Source: Bacillales bacterium (GTDB lineage: Bacteria > Bacillota > Bacilli > JARBTR01). From it: a stretch of DNA of 54,066 nt. The stretch is from positions 1-54,066 of the forward strand of contig JAVBKF010000036.1 of NCBI GenBank assembly GCA_031554215.1, written 5' to 3'. The translations under genes were made by a program, and so were the position numbers. The notes below the pieces were generated by a model. It saw only the letters and a list, made by a program, of their open reading frames with translations. It was not told where the DNA came from and did no database searches. Of the stretch, positions 1 to 8,881 are shown in pieces. Position 1 is the stretch's first letter. Every line of letters starts with the position of its first letter.

Positions 1-181
1 AAATTTTTAATTCTTCTGATGAGTTGTTTGTTGCGGTTGAAACAGTATTGCGAGGATGAGGGGAAAATAATGGATACTCAATGAACAGCGCCTGAATAGC
101 GTTAGCAGATGCTGTTCTACGTATTACTTTTTACGTAGTGCTCTTCCAAGTTGTAATCAGATATCCCCCGCTTATCCGTAC

Positions 182-212
182 AAAAAATACCAAAGCCTGG
201 GAGAGGCCTTGG
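182..212 (-). terminator. Rho-independent terminator downstream of the CpXC gene
   Basis: Hairpin CCAAAGCC (190-197) / GGCCTTGG (205-212) with one mismatch. On the minus strand it is followed by a T6 run (A-run 182-187 on +). Confidence 0.5.
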
Positions 213-281
213 TACCGAGCGTAAGCACAATAATCGAAATGAAACCAGTATGCCTCCGGCTGTTTTGCTAGTGATGGTTCT

Positions 282-920
282 TTAGCCTAGCCCCATTAAT
301 TGAAGTGCCCAAGATTGATCAATCGTCTCAAATTTCTTCACTTGCTCTGGCAGATCCTTCAGCTCAGGGCGATCACAAACTTTCTCGAAAAAAGCTTCAT
401 TAAAGTCAATGCTCACAAGCTTTGATGCATCCGTCACGAAAATAAATTGTTTTTTCCCCGCTTGTACATCAAAGTAAGCCTCTGTAATGTCCGCGTTCTC
501 AAGTTGGCTTGTAACATACGATTGAAACAGACATTTACACAGTTCCATTGCTTTGTCATCGAATCCCGCATCTTTAATATGAATCTTTTCAATTAATTGT
601 ATTTCGTTTCTTACAATCCGAATCTGGTAATCCCCATCGAAGGTTTTGGCGACCTCGTCAAGTTCAGAGCGTTTTTCTAGTGAAGCCTCGTTCGGTAATA
701 CATAAATGAGTAGCTTTTGCTGTGTATCATGATAAAGGCATGGGTAAATGATTTGAAATGAGTGTTCACAGTGAATGCAAACACCATGAAAAAAATCGTG
801 CTGAAGAATGCGGTCCTTGACTTCTGGGTTAATGGTGACATTAATGCTATCCCATTTCTTAAATTGAAAATCCTGCTTGCACTTCGGGCAATTAACAGGG
901 ACTGTTTGTGGTCTTGACAT
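282..920 (-). CDS. CpXC domain-containing zinc-finger protein
   Basis: 212 aa ORF. It has an N-terminal CPKC and a second CIHC pair in the spacing typical of the CpXC family. There is an SD-like GGAAGGAA upstream of the ATG. Confidence 0.7.
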   Translation of the reverse strand: MSRPQTVPVNCPKCKQDFQFKKWDSINVTINPEVKDRILQHDFFHGVCIHCEHSFQIIYPCLYHDTQQKLLIYVLPNEASLEKRSELDEVAKTFDGDYQIRIVRNEIQLIEKIHIKDAGFDDKAMELCKCLFQSYVTSQLENADITEAYFDVQAGKKQFIFVTDASKLVSIDFNEAFFEKVCDRPELKDLPEQVKKFETIDQSWALQLMGLG

Positions 921-1101
921 AACGGGTTCCTTCCATTTGAAACAATTTGTATCGTTATTTTATCATAATTAGTTGCTATGTTGGAGAGTATTGTGTATCA
1001 ATAGCTGAAAAAAGCACAATCAATTGACATTTAAAAGCGGTGCCGATTAGCTGTTAGTCGATGTTACTTAGACATTGTTTCACAGAAAGAAAGTTTATGG
1101 C

Positions 1102-1130
1102 TTGCAAACGTAACAGTGTTATGTTACACT
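1102..1130 (+). promoter_or_regulatory. Candidate sigma-A promoter of the yhbD-like operon, with an inverted repeat in the spacer
   Basis: TTGCAA (1102-1107), 17 nt spacer, TACACT (1125-1130). The inverted repeat GTAACA (1110-1115) / TGTTAC (1122-1127) lies in the spacer and overlaps the -10. Confidence 0.4.
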
Positions 1131-1159
1131 ATGTTAGAAGTTATTTGGAGGTGAACAAA

Positions 1160-1801
1160 TTGGAAATGGAGCTTATTTCAAAGAAAGATTTGCTGGATGA
1201 AAAGGGCATATCATATGGACAATTGTATCGGTGGAAGCGAAAGAATCTGATTCCAGAGGAATGGTTCATTCGCAAGAGTACATTTACAGGGCAGGAAACA
1301 TTCTTCCCGAGGGAAAAGATACTAGCACGAATTGATAAGATTCAAGATATGAAGGAAAATTTATCACTAGATGATTTAGCTGAGGTGTTTTCACCGAACG
1401 TCAATGATGTCGTATTTACACCAGAACAAATGGTGGCAAATGGATTTATCTCTGAGCCAGCATTTAACTTTTTTATTGAACAACGGAAATTCACTGGTCA
1501 GTATTCATTCGAGGATGTACTTCAGGTTTACCTCGTGGACCAGTTGCTGGATGCGGGAGATATTAGCCAAGATGAAGCGAAATTGTTACTGCAACTGCTG
1601 AAAGGGAAAGAACAACTCTTGAAGTCAAAACCATGTGAGATTATTTTTACAAGAAAATTTGGTGTATCAGGTTGTCTGTTAGTGACCAATCAGGAATCAA
1701 TATTCTTTGAGGAAACGACAAAAGTGGTCAAGCGAATTGCATTTGGCACGATATCAGAACAATTCAAATCTACATTAATGGGAGGCGAGAAGCATGACTG
1801 A
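1160..1801 (+). CDS. yhbD: YhbD-like DUF4004 protein with an N-terminal MerR-like HTH
   Basis: The motif ISYGQLYRWKRKNLIPEEWFIRKSTFTGQETFFPREKIL is typical of YhbD/DUF4004. GGAGGTG at 1147-1153 favours a TTG 1160 or ATG 1166 start over the track start at 1061. Synteny with two downstream bactofilin genes matches B. subtilis yhbDEF. Confidence 0.65.
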   Translation: MEMELISKKDLLDEKGISYGQLYRWKRKNLIPEEWFIRKSTFTGQETFFPREKILARIDKIQDMKENLSLDDLAEVFSPNVNDVVFTPEQMVANGFISEPAFNFFIEQRKFTGQYSFEDVLQVYLVDQLLDAGDISQDEAKLLLQLLKGKEQLLKSKPCEIIFTRKFGVSGCLLVTNQESIFFEETTKVVKRIAFGTISEQFKSTLMGGEKHD

Positions 1802-2621
1802 ACGCAAAGGTGATCTTAGAATCAATGGAAATGGCCGATTCAACGGTGGTGAGTTTAATCAGGTTGAGATTAATGGAAATGGCCGCGTTGTTGGTGGAAC
1901 AAGTTGTGAGAATTTCACATGCAATGGCAAAGGGAAAATTGAAGGAAATCTTGATGGTGAAATTGTCACTGTCAATGGCCATTGTAGTTTTCTCGGTAAC
2001 GTGAAGTCAAACCGGGTGCGGGTCGATGGACATGGTGATTTCCAAGGAGATGTTGCTGCGAAACTGCTTGATATTAATGGGCGGACATCCATTGCTGGAA
2101 AAGTGAAAGTAGAAGAACTAGAAGCGAATGGCTGGGTGACAATTAGAAACAACGTTGTAGCAGATGAAGTCGATGTTGATGGTAAATGTAAGGTGCTCGG
2201 CAGTTTGAAAGCGCGTGAAATTGAAGTCGCGGGACTACTCACTGTAAAAGGTGACTGTGAGTCAGAAACATTTGAAGGAACCGGAAGATTTGAGGTTGAT
2301 GGGCTTCTCAGCGCAGATAAAATTGAAATCAGTTTGTTTTGGGACTCATTCGCCAAGGAAATTGGTGGACAGTCGGTTACAGTAAAACGTAATAGTGAAT
2401 TTATATCAAAGCTGATTCAGCCGTTCAAAAATGTACAGCTAAGAGCAGACTCAATTGAAGCAGACAACATTGAGCTATCACATACAAAAGCAAAATTTGT
2501 GCGCGGGAAAGATGTTATTATTGGTGAAAATTGTGAAATTGATGTCGTTGAATACAGTGGGAACTTTAGAAGTGACCCATCAGCAAAAATCAATCAAGTA
2601 ATCGAAACTACGAACTTATAA
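1794..2621 (+). CDS. yhbE: Bactofilin-like polymer-forming cytoskeletal protein (YhbE/BacE-like)
   Basis: 275 aa made of repetitive beta-helix-type segments (INGNG..., VNGH..., VDGHG..., INGR..., VDGK...). The ATGA start/stop overlap with the upstream gene (1794/1801) indicates translational coupling. Confidence 0.65.
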   Translation: MTERKGDLRINGNGRFNGGEFNQVEINGNGRVVGGTSCENFTCNGKGKIEGNLDGEIVTVNGHCSFLGNVKSNRVRVDGHGDFQGDVAAKLLDINGRTSIAGKVKVEELEANGWVTIRNNVVADEVDVDGKCKVLGSLKAREIEVAGLLTVKGDCESETFEGTGRFEVDGLLSADKIEISLFWDSFAKEIGGQSVTVKRNSEFISKLIQPFKNVQLRADSIEADNIELSHTKAKFVRGKDVIIGENCEIDVVEYSGNFRSDPSAKINQVIETTNL

Positions 2622-2667
2622 AATAAGTGAAATCTCTAGTGAGGGTGTTTTTCAAGGAGGAGAACAA

Positions 2668-3354
2668 ATGCGTGACGGAAAATTAGTGATTAATGGCGCG
2701 ATGGATGCAGCAGGTGGTGAGTACGATAAGGTCAAAGTGAATGGTAGTGCTACCATTACGGGTGATGTAATCACAGAAAAAGTGGGGATAAATGGCCGAG
2801 CGACCTTTACTGATCATGTGCAAACAGGTGTATTAAAGGTAAATGGTACTCTTGCCATAGGTGGTAGGCTTTCCGCAGAGAAAATTTCAGTTAATGGCAG
2901 CTTGGAAATAAACAAGAAGTCAGCTATCAAGGTGTGCAAAATTCGTGGGCGATTAGAATTGAAGGATGACCTAGAGGGGCAGATTGTCGACAATAATGGT
3001 AAACTCGATGTCAGTGGAAATGTCAGTGTTGATCAATTTAAGTCGATAGGCTGCTGTAGAATCGGTGGTTTATTGACAGCAGAGACAATTATGATGAAGC
3101 TAGCACAGTCTAATCGCGTGCATGAAATTGGTGGTGATAAAGTGGTTGTGCGTCGTTCAAAGTTCTCCTGGGGCGGGAAGCTGAAAGTCGGTACGATTGA
3201 AGCCGATGAAATTTACTTGGAGTATACAACTGCGGATGTGGTGCGAGGGAACGTTGTCAGGATTGGTCCAGGGTGTAAAATTGACCGAGTAGAGTATCGT
3301 CAAGATATCACCGTTTCACGGCACGCCACTGTTTATGAACAATGTAAGCAGTGA
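2668..3354 (+). CDS. yhbF: Bactofilin-like polymer-forming cytoskeletal protein (YhbF/BacF-like)
   Basis: 228 aa with the same repeat character (INGA, VNGS, INGR, VNGT, VNGS). The SD AAGGAGGAG lies 6 nt upstream of the ATG. It is a paralogue of the preceding gene. Confidence 0.65.
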   Translation: MRDGKLVINGAMDAAGGEYDKVKVNGSATITGDVITEKVGINGRATFTDHVQTGVLKVNGTLAIGGRLSAEKISVNGSLEINKKSAIKVCKIRGRLELKDDLEGQIVDNNGKLDVSGNVSVDQFKSIGCCRIGGLLTAETIMMKLAQSNRVHEIGGDKVVVRRSKFSWGGKLKVGTIEADEIYLEYTTADVVRGNVVRIGPGCKIDRVEYRQDITVSRHATVYEQCKQ

Positions 3355-3593
3355 AATTGCTCAGTTGACCGGAATGTTGATACACTAAAATGGTGCGTTT
3401 GGTAAAGATGATGTAGCGTTCCAGATGGTAGCATTCCGGTATCCTGTTACTAAAAGGATACTCGTGGTCAAGTGGACAGCATTGTAATGAAACATTATAT
3501 AGGATTCGGTGAACAGCCTTTCTCTACTGAGTTTCTTGATAAGTCGATAGCTGATGAAGCAATTTCTATAATTTGTATACGTGTAAACGCGTC

Positions 3594-4448
3594 TTATTGG
3601 TGTAGGGTTGATACATAGGTTTCTAACATACGGACAATCGTAGTCGGTTCATCAGAGTGTTGAATATTAGCCAGCATGCCTTTGATAATTGCAGGGCGGG
3701 GGTATGCTGAGCTCAGTTCAGTATGCAAGATTTCGAGAGAGTCTTTTTCATCGCTGGGCAATGTCTTGTTTACCATTAAATTGCTGATTTCTGTCGCCAG
3801 CTTTTCTTTAGTTGGTGCGTGTTGCTGGTGAATGGCTGTTACGACATTTTCAGTGAGGCAAGGTGGCTCACTGCTGTTCATTAGTCCCTTGGCAATATCA
3901 TCAATACGATTCATGATGAAGGTTGCAAGTGCAGCAGTACTGAATTGAAATTGACCTTGGACAATGACGAGAAAGTAGGCAGAGCGGATACCAAATAGTG
4001 AACAAGTGATATCGTTGGCATATTGCGTAATGGATTCACCATAAATTTCATTTATCAGTATTTTGAAGTCTCTGAAGGTATGCAATTGCATCTCTGTGAC
4101 CAAGTGGTCAATCTTGGCGTTGTTTGGAACGCACTCTTCCTTTCTTAGCATCATAATGAAGTCATAGTTATCAAGAATCTCTTGAAATTCAAACGTCAGA
4201 ATGTCGATGCATTTTTCTCTAGCATCTTTAGGGGAGTTCATTACAGTAGAAAGCGTCCGAAGTCGTGTATCACAATAAAACTGGAAAATATTATCGAGCA
4301 GTGACTGTTTTGATTTAAAATGTAGATAGAAAGCACCTTTTGAGATATGGCAAGCGTTTGCAATTTCTTGTACTGATATCGCGTCAAAGTTCTTTTTTGA
4401 GAATAGCTTTACTGCGGCCTTAATGATTTCTTGTTTTTTGTCGTCCAT
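3594..4448 (-). CDS. TetR/AcrR family transcriptional regulator (long C-terminal domain)
   Basis: The N-terminal HTH is IIKAAVKLFSKKNFDAISVQEIANACHISKGAFYLHFKSKQSLL. GAAGGAG lies 8 nt upstream of ATG 4448, so the track start at 4466 is unlikely. The gene is divergent from an RND pump. Confidence 0.85.
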   Translation of the reverse strand: MDDKKQEIIKAAVKLFSKKNFDAISVQEIANACHISKGAFYLHFKSKQSLLDNIFQFYCDTRLRTLSTVMNSPKDAREKCIDILTFEFQEILDNYDFIMMLRKEECVPNNAKIDHLVTEMQLHTFRDFKILINEIYGESITQYANDITCSLFGIRSAYFLVIVQGQFQFSTAALATFIMNRIDDIAKGLMNSSEPPCLTENVVTAIHQQHAPTKEKLATEISNLMVNKTLPSDEKDSLEILHTELSSAYPRPAIIKGMLANIQHSDEPTTIVRMLETYVSTLHQ

Positions 4449-4679
4449 GGTTGTTGACTCCTTCAAATAAATCAGATGATGTACAATAGTGGCAATGTTT
4501 GTCCCATGTTGCTTTCTTAAAGACAGATGATAGCGTATTACTAAACTGTAGCAAAGCAGGGGAATGCCAAGTGCCTACTATGTTGGGCATAAAACGATTT
4601 TCTATTTGGCGGGAACGCCTGCATGTTAGTTTGTTGTAACGATATTCATTTACCTGCTTAGTTGAGAGAAAAAATTTAC

Positions 4680-4708
4680 TTGCCAATTGAAATGGAAGTC
4701 TGTATAAT
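4680..4708 (+). promoter_or_regulatory. Near-consensus sigma-A promoter reading toward the RND gene
   Basis: TTGCCA (4680-4685), 17 nt spacer, TATAAT (4703-4708), with a TG at 4701-4702 (extended -10). Confidence 0.55.
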
Positions 4709-4724
4709 CGTCCTTGTCATTTAA

Positions 4725-4738
4725 ACTGACCGGTCAGT
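4725..4738. promoter_or_regulatory. Operator 1: perfect 14 bp palindrome, presumed TetR binding site
   Basis: ACTGACCGGTCAGT is self-complementary. Its 12 nt core ACTGACCGGTCA recurs at 4770-4781. Confidence 0.6.
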
Positions 4739-4753
4739 CAGTGCCTCTAATTT

Positions 4754-4782
4754 ATTATAATACTGGGTGACTGACCGGTCAA
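4754..4782 (-). promoter_or_regulatory. Near-consensus sigma-A promoter reading toward the TetR gene
   Basis: On the minus strand: TTGACC (reverse complement of 4777-4782), 17 nt spacer, TATAAT (reverse complement of 4754-4759). The -35 lies inside operator 2. Confidence 0.5.
4770..4781. promoter_or_regulatory. Operator 2: second copy of the ACTGACCGGTCA motif
   Basis: The 12 nt are identical to operator 1, with a palindromic core TGACCGGTCA. It starts 45 bp after operator 1. Confidence 0.6.
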
Positions 4783-4865
4783 TAACAACTTTAGCATCGT
4801 TTGACATTGATGCACAAATTGGAAGAGCATCTTGCTCTTTACTACTACTATAACGAAAAGAGGTA

Positions 4866-7800
4866 ATGCAATTGAACGGAATTATTAATTTTGTACTCAA
4901 AAATAAGTTCGCTGTTTGGATCATGACACTCATTGTCCTTGTTGCAGGGATTTATGCGAGTATGACGATGAAAATGGAACAGATGCCAAGCATTAAGATC
5001 CCATTTCTTATGGTGACAACACCGTACATTGGTGCAACACCAGAACAAGTGGAAGAAAAAATTACGATTCCAGTTGAATTGGCTGTTCAAAACTTAAACG
5101 GTGTTGAACTCGTGACTTCAACTTCATACCAAGGTGCATCATCAGTTGAGATTCAGTATGAGTATGATGTTGATTTAGATAAAGCTGAGAAAGAAGTAAA
5201 CGATGCATTAGCGAAAGTTGATTTCCCAGAGGGAATCGAAACACCGAAGGCATCTACATTTGATTTTGACCAGATTCCGATCATGGCATACGGGATTGAT
5301 AGTAAATCAATGGATTTAGCAGAGCTAACAAAAGTCGTTGAAGAAACAGTAGTTCCATCACTTGCTGGGATCGATGGCGTTCAGTCAGTTGACGTTTCTG
5401 GGCAACAGTTAGAAGAAGTGGAAGTTGTCCTAGACCCTGTCAAAATGGGCATGAATGGGTTGACTGAGGAATCAATCACACAAATGGTTAAAGCCTCAAC
5501 AATCAAGTTTCCATTGGGCGTTGTGCCACTGGATGGCGAAGAAACATCTGTCGTAATAGATGGCAGAATAGCAACAATTGAAGATTTGAAAGCCGTTAAA
5601 ATTCCAGTTGTTAGTGCTGCTGGTGTGCCGTCATTAATTTCACTTTCAGATATTGCGACAGTGGAAAAAATTAGTGAACCACAATCAATTTCACGAACAA
5701 ACGGGAAAGAGGCTATTGGGATTGCGATTACAAAGTCTCAAAGTGCCAACACTGTTGATGTAGCAAATGCAGTAACAGATGAAGTAAAAGAATTGAAAAA
5801 AGACAATGAAGATTTAAACTTCACAATTGTAATGGATCAAGCAACACCAATTGAAGAGTCCATTTCAACGATGGTCGGTAAAGCTGTACTTGGTGCACTT
5901 TTCGCCGTACTGATCATTTGGTTGTTCTTACGGAGTTTCAAGACGACACTCATTTCAGTCGTGTCTATTCCGCTATCATTATTGATTGCAATGTTCTTCC
6001 TGAATCAAATGGACATTTCACTTAATTTAATGACGCTTGGCGCAATGACAGTAGCGATTGGCCGGGTAATAGATGACTCAATTGTTGTCATTGAAAATAT
6101 TTTCCGCCGAATGGCTGATAGTAGTGAAAAACTAAGTGGTGGCGATTTGATTCGCGAGGCAACAAAAGAAGTATTCAAGCCGATCCTATCATCGACACTT
6201 GTTACGATTGCCGTATTTTTACCACTTGGATTTGTTGGTGGAATGGTTGGGGAAGTGTTCATGCCGTTTGCACTGGCAATCGTCTTTGCGCTCCTTGCCT
6301 CTCTATTCGTTTCAATTACGATTGTTCCAATGCTAACGCATAGCTTATTCCGCAAGGGATTGTCAAAGAAACACCTTCATGAAGAAGGCCGCGAGCATGG
6401 CAAAATGGCACTTAAATACCGCAGTATTTTAAACTGGTCATTGAATAAGAAATGGATTCCGCTCCTAGGGGCATTCCTTTTATTCATCTCAGCACTAGCG
6501 CTTCCTGCAAGTGGTTTACTAGGAACAGGATTCGCGAACACTGATGAGCAGAAAATGCTGTATCTGACTTTTAGACCGAATCCATCTAGTAGTCCTGCAG
6601 ATGTCGATAAAGAAGTAACAGAAGCAGAAGAAATGTTCCTTGCAAAAGACGATGTCGTTGCGGTGCAATCTTCATCTGGTGGTACGAATCCATTTATGCC
6701 AGGTGATGATAAGAGCGCAATTATGACGGTTCAATATGATAAGGAAACAAAAGATTTCGGCGAGGAAAGAAAGAAAGTAACCGAAGAACTGCAAAAAGAC
6801 CGTTCTGTTGGTAAATGGATTGAAGCGACAGAAGCTGGTGTGAGTAATAATATTACTTACTACATCTATGGCGATTCAACAGAAGACTTAACTGAAACAG
6901 TCGCAGATGTAGAAAAGGTGATGAAAGACAACAAGGATTTAGAGAAAGTTGAAACTTCAATTCAACAGTCTTATAACGAGTATACCTTGGTTGTTGATCA
7001 GCAAAAGGCAGCAATGGTTGGCCTAACAGCAGCTCAAATTGGTCAGGCATTGTATCCTAAATCAACACTTGAAACGCCAGTCGTCACGACTGTCATAGAT
7101 GGCGACAAAGAGCTTGATGTTCATGTAAGTGTGAAGGAAGTACCGATGACAACGATTGAAGAAGTTCAAAACACGATGATTCCTTCACCGCTTGGCGTTC
7201 CTGTCAAGGTCAGTGATGTAGCCACAGTTGAAGAAGGCACAACTTCTGACACAATCGGCCGTAGAGACGGAAAAGTATTTGCTTCTGTAACAGCTGCACC
7301 GAAAACGGACGATGTAGGCGGCGTGTCAAAAGACGTGCAAGCGAAAATTGATAAAATCGACACTCCGAAAAATGTATCAATTGATCAGGGCGGAGTAGCA
7401 GCAGACATGCAAGAAGCCTTCACGCAGCTTGGGCTTGCAATGCTAGCAGCTATAGCGATTGTTTACTTGATTCTAGTGATCACGTTCGGTGGTGCAAAGG
7501 CACCGTTTGCTATCCTATTCACATTACCACTTACGGTCATTGGTGCGATGTATGGTCTCTGGATTTCAGGAGAGATACTCGAAGTGACTTGTATGATTGG
7601 CTTGCTGATGTTAATTGGAATCGTTGTCACCAACGCAATTGTACTCGTTGACCGGATTATTCATAAGCAAAAAGAGGGACTTGATGTTCGTGAAGCGATT
7701 CTCGAAGCAGGTGCAACAAGATTGCGTCCAATTCTAATGACAGCGATTGCTACTGTAGGCGCAATGCTTCCACTAGCACTTGGCTTTGAAAACAGTGGAC

Positions 7801-7937
7801 TGATTTCAAGAGGACTTGCTGTAACCGTCATTGGCGGACTAGTTAGTTCGACATTACTGACATTAATCGTGGTACCAATTATTTATGAATTGCTATCAGG
7901 TAAGAAAAAGAACAAGAAAAAAGTCTCTGAAGCGTAA
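4866..7937 (+). CDS. RND family efflux transporter permease (AcrB/SwrC-like)
   Basis: 1023 aa with the 12-TM RND architecture and two large extracytoplasmic loops, with sequence typical of Gram-positive SwrC-type pumps. AAGAGG at 4858-4863 is only 2 nt from ATG 4866, so TTG 4872 is the more likely start. Confidence 0.9.
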   Translation: MQLNGIINFVLKNKFAVWIMTLIVLVAGIYASMTMKMEQMPSIKIPFLMVTTPYIGATPEQVEEKITIPVELAVQNLNGVELVTSTSYQGASSVEIQYEYDVDLDKAEKEVNDALAKVDFPEGIETPKASTFDFDQIPIMAYGIDSKSMDLAELTKVVEETVVPSLAGIDGVQSVDVSGQQLEEVEVVLDPVKMGMNGLTEESITQMVKASTIKFPLGVVPLDGEETSVVIDGRIATIEDLKAVKIPVVSAAGVPSLISLSDIATVEKISEPQSISRTNGKEAIGIAITKSQSANTVDVANAVTDEVKELKKDNEDLNFTIVMDQATPIEESISTMVGKAVLGALFAVLIIWLFLRSFKTTLISVVSIPLSLLIAMFFLNQMDISLNLMTLGAMTVAIGRVIDDSIVVIENIFRRMADSSEKLSGGDLIREATKEVFKPILSSTLVTIAVFLPLGFVGGMVGEVFMPFALAIVFALLASLFVSITIVPMLTHSLFRKGLSKKHLHEEGREHGKMALKYRSILNWSLNKKWIPLLGAFLLFISALALPASGLLGTGFANTDEQKMLYLTFRPNPSSSPADVDKEVTEAEEMFLAKDDVVAVQSSSGGTNPFMPGDDKSAIMTVQYDKETKDFGEERKKVTEELQKDRSVGKWIEATEAGVSNNITYYIYGDSTEDLTETVADVEKVMKDNKDLEKVETSIQQSYNEYTLVVDQQKAAMVGLTAAQIGQALYPKSTLETPVVTTVIDGDKELDVHVSVKEVPMTTIEEVQNTMIPSPLGVPVKVSDVATVEEGTTSDTIGRRDGKVFASVTAAPKTDDVGGVSKDVQAKIDKIDTPKNVSIDQGGVAADMQEAFTQLGLAMLAAIAIVYLILVITFGGAKAPFAILFTLPLTVIGAMYGLWISGEILEVTCMIGLLMLIGIVVTNAIVLVDRIIHKQKEGLDVREAILEAGATRLRPILMTAIATVGAMLPLALGFENSGLISRGLAVTVIGGLVSSTLLTLIVVPIIYELLSGKKKNKKKVSEA

Positions 7938-8464
7938 AACCTGTTTTCTATTGTGTAAACGGTGATTGTACAGCAAATTCTTTGTAGATATGAAGAATGA
8001 GCGGTCAATCGCCGTTTTTTTATCTACGTGGAAGTTCGACTGAGGGTAAGCGTAGTGGGGTCATCATGCTATTTTAGTGGCTTGAAAAAAACTTAGATTT
8101 CATTAGGACAGTGAAGAACCCCTATATCTGGGTTGGAAATAATAATACAATTCATCGATCAGCTGGAAGCTTGTTGTTTTACTTCAGGAGAGAGGGTGTC
8201 CATATAGCTAATGGAATTTTAGCACCAAATTATTCGTAGCAGGAGCTGCTTTTGACATGCCATAAGCTAGAGTGATGGCATAAAGGAGTCGGCGATATTT
8301 TTAGTTAATCGTCGTTTTTGAAAACGCTCTAAAACAGCCAATTTTTTATAGACGTCTATTTTTTGCCACTCTATAATGCGGATAGTAATTGTTTGACTCA
8401 AGGCGCGGGATGGCTGAACCTAGACGAATAGAGGTAAAAATCTTTTGGAAAGGGAGAATGCCAA

Positions 8465-8556
8465 TTGACAGTTTATAAAGCGCTAGCTGTAATGTTTCAG
8501 TTTGGAATATTTATTTAACGCTTTGTTCACTGATTGTAGTCGTTTTAAAACCATAA
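8465..8556 (+). pseudogene. Frameshifted holin-like toxin (Hol-Tox family, type-I-toxin-like small hydrophobic peptide)
   Basis: AAGGGAG lies 7 nt upstream of TTG 8465. The ORF reads (M)TVYKALAVMFQFGIFI then stops at 8516. Shifting frame by one base at 8515 continues LTLCSLIVVVLKP to a stop at 8554-8556. Together these reconstitute a 30 aa single-TM peptide matching the MxVxxALxLMxxFGxF pattern. Confidence 0.45.
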
Positions 8557-8656
8557 CAAAAAAGTAAAAACGCTCCTGCACGTGGAACCGTTTTCACCCT
8601 AGGTAAGAAATATCTATATAGCTAAATCCCGCTTAGAGTGGACTTTTGCTGAATCT

Positions 8657-8684
8657 GGAGCGATGTTGACGCATCGTTCCTTTT
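8657..8684 (+). terminator. Rho-independent terminator downstream of the toxin remnant
   Basis: 9 bp stem GGAGCGATG (8657-8665) / CATCGTTCC (8672-8680) with one G-U pair, followed by TTTT. Confidence 0.5.
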
Positions 8685-8841
8685 CAATGTAATCACAACA
8701 CGTTGATTTTATTCGTCAAGTGAAAGTTGCTAGCATTCAACTATCCTTATGTGCGCGCTATAATACTTTAGCCAATAAATAAAGACAGTGACAGGATTAC
8801 AACTGTTTGCAGAGAAGAAAAAAATGATAATGAACGAAAAG

Positions 8842-8868
8842 AAAAAAGCAGTGAAGCGCTGCTTTTTT
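8842..8868. terminator. Bidirectional terminator (serves uppP on the minus strand)
   Basis: AAAAAAGCAG-tgaagcg-CTGCTTTTTT. The stem is flanked by an A-run and a T-run and sits 14 nt beyond the uppP stop. Confidence 0.6.
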
Positions 8869-8881
8869 CTGGGAGTTTGAA

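Noticed and set aside
1-84. Possible 3' end of a + strand gene at the left edge (frames ending at 59 or 84)
   Set aside because: Fewer than 30 codons are visible in either frame and nothing is recognisable, so no call can be supported.
1061-1159. N-terminal 33-codon extension of the yhbD-like ORF
   Set aside because: It has no SD, it overlaps the predicted promoter, and the conserved family sequence starts at MELISKKD just after GGAGGTG.
1859-2356. 165 aa antisense ORF (plus 1770-1982 and 1810-2004) inside the bactofilin gene
   Set aside because: The product is Ser/Pro/Thr-rich and low-complexity with no SD. It is an artefact of the repetitive GNG-codon sense strand, which keeps the antisense frame open.
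4420-5090. ORFs 4420-4686, 4721-4933 and 4848-5090 (-) in and around the TetR/RND intergenic region
   Set aside because: They have no SD, overlap the promoters, the operators or the RND 5' end, and show no protein-like composition.
6005-7363. Antisense ORFs inside the RND gene (6005-6355, 6853-7050, 7166-7363)
   Set aside because: They lie entirely within a well-supported 1023 aa CDS, have no SDs, and are typical shadow ORFs.
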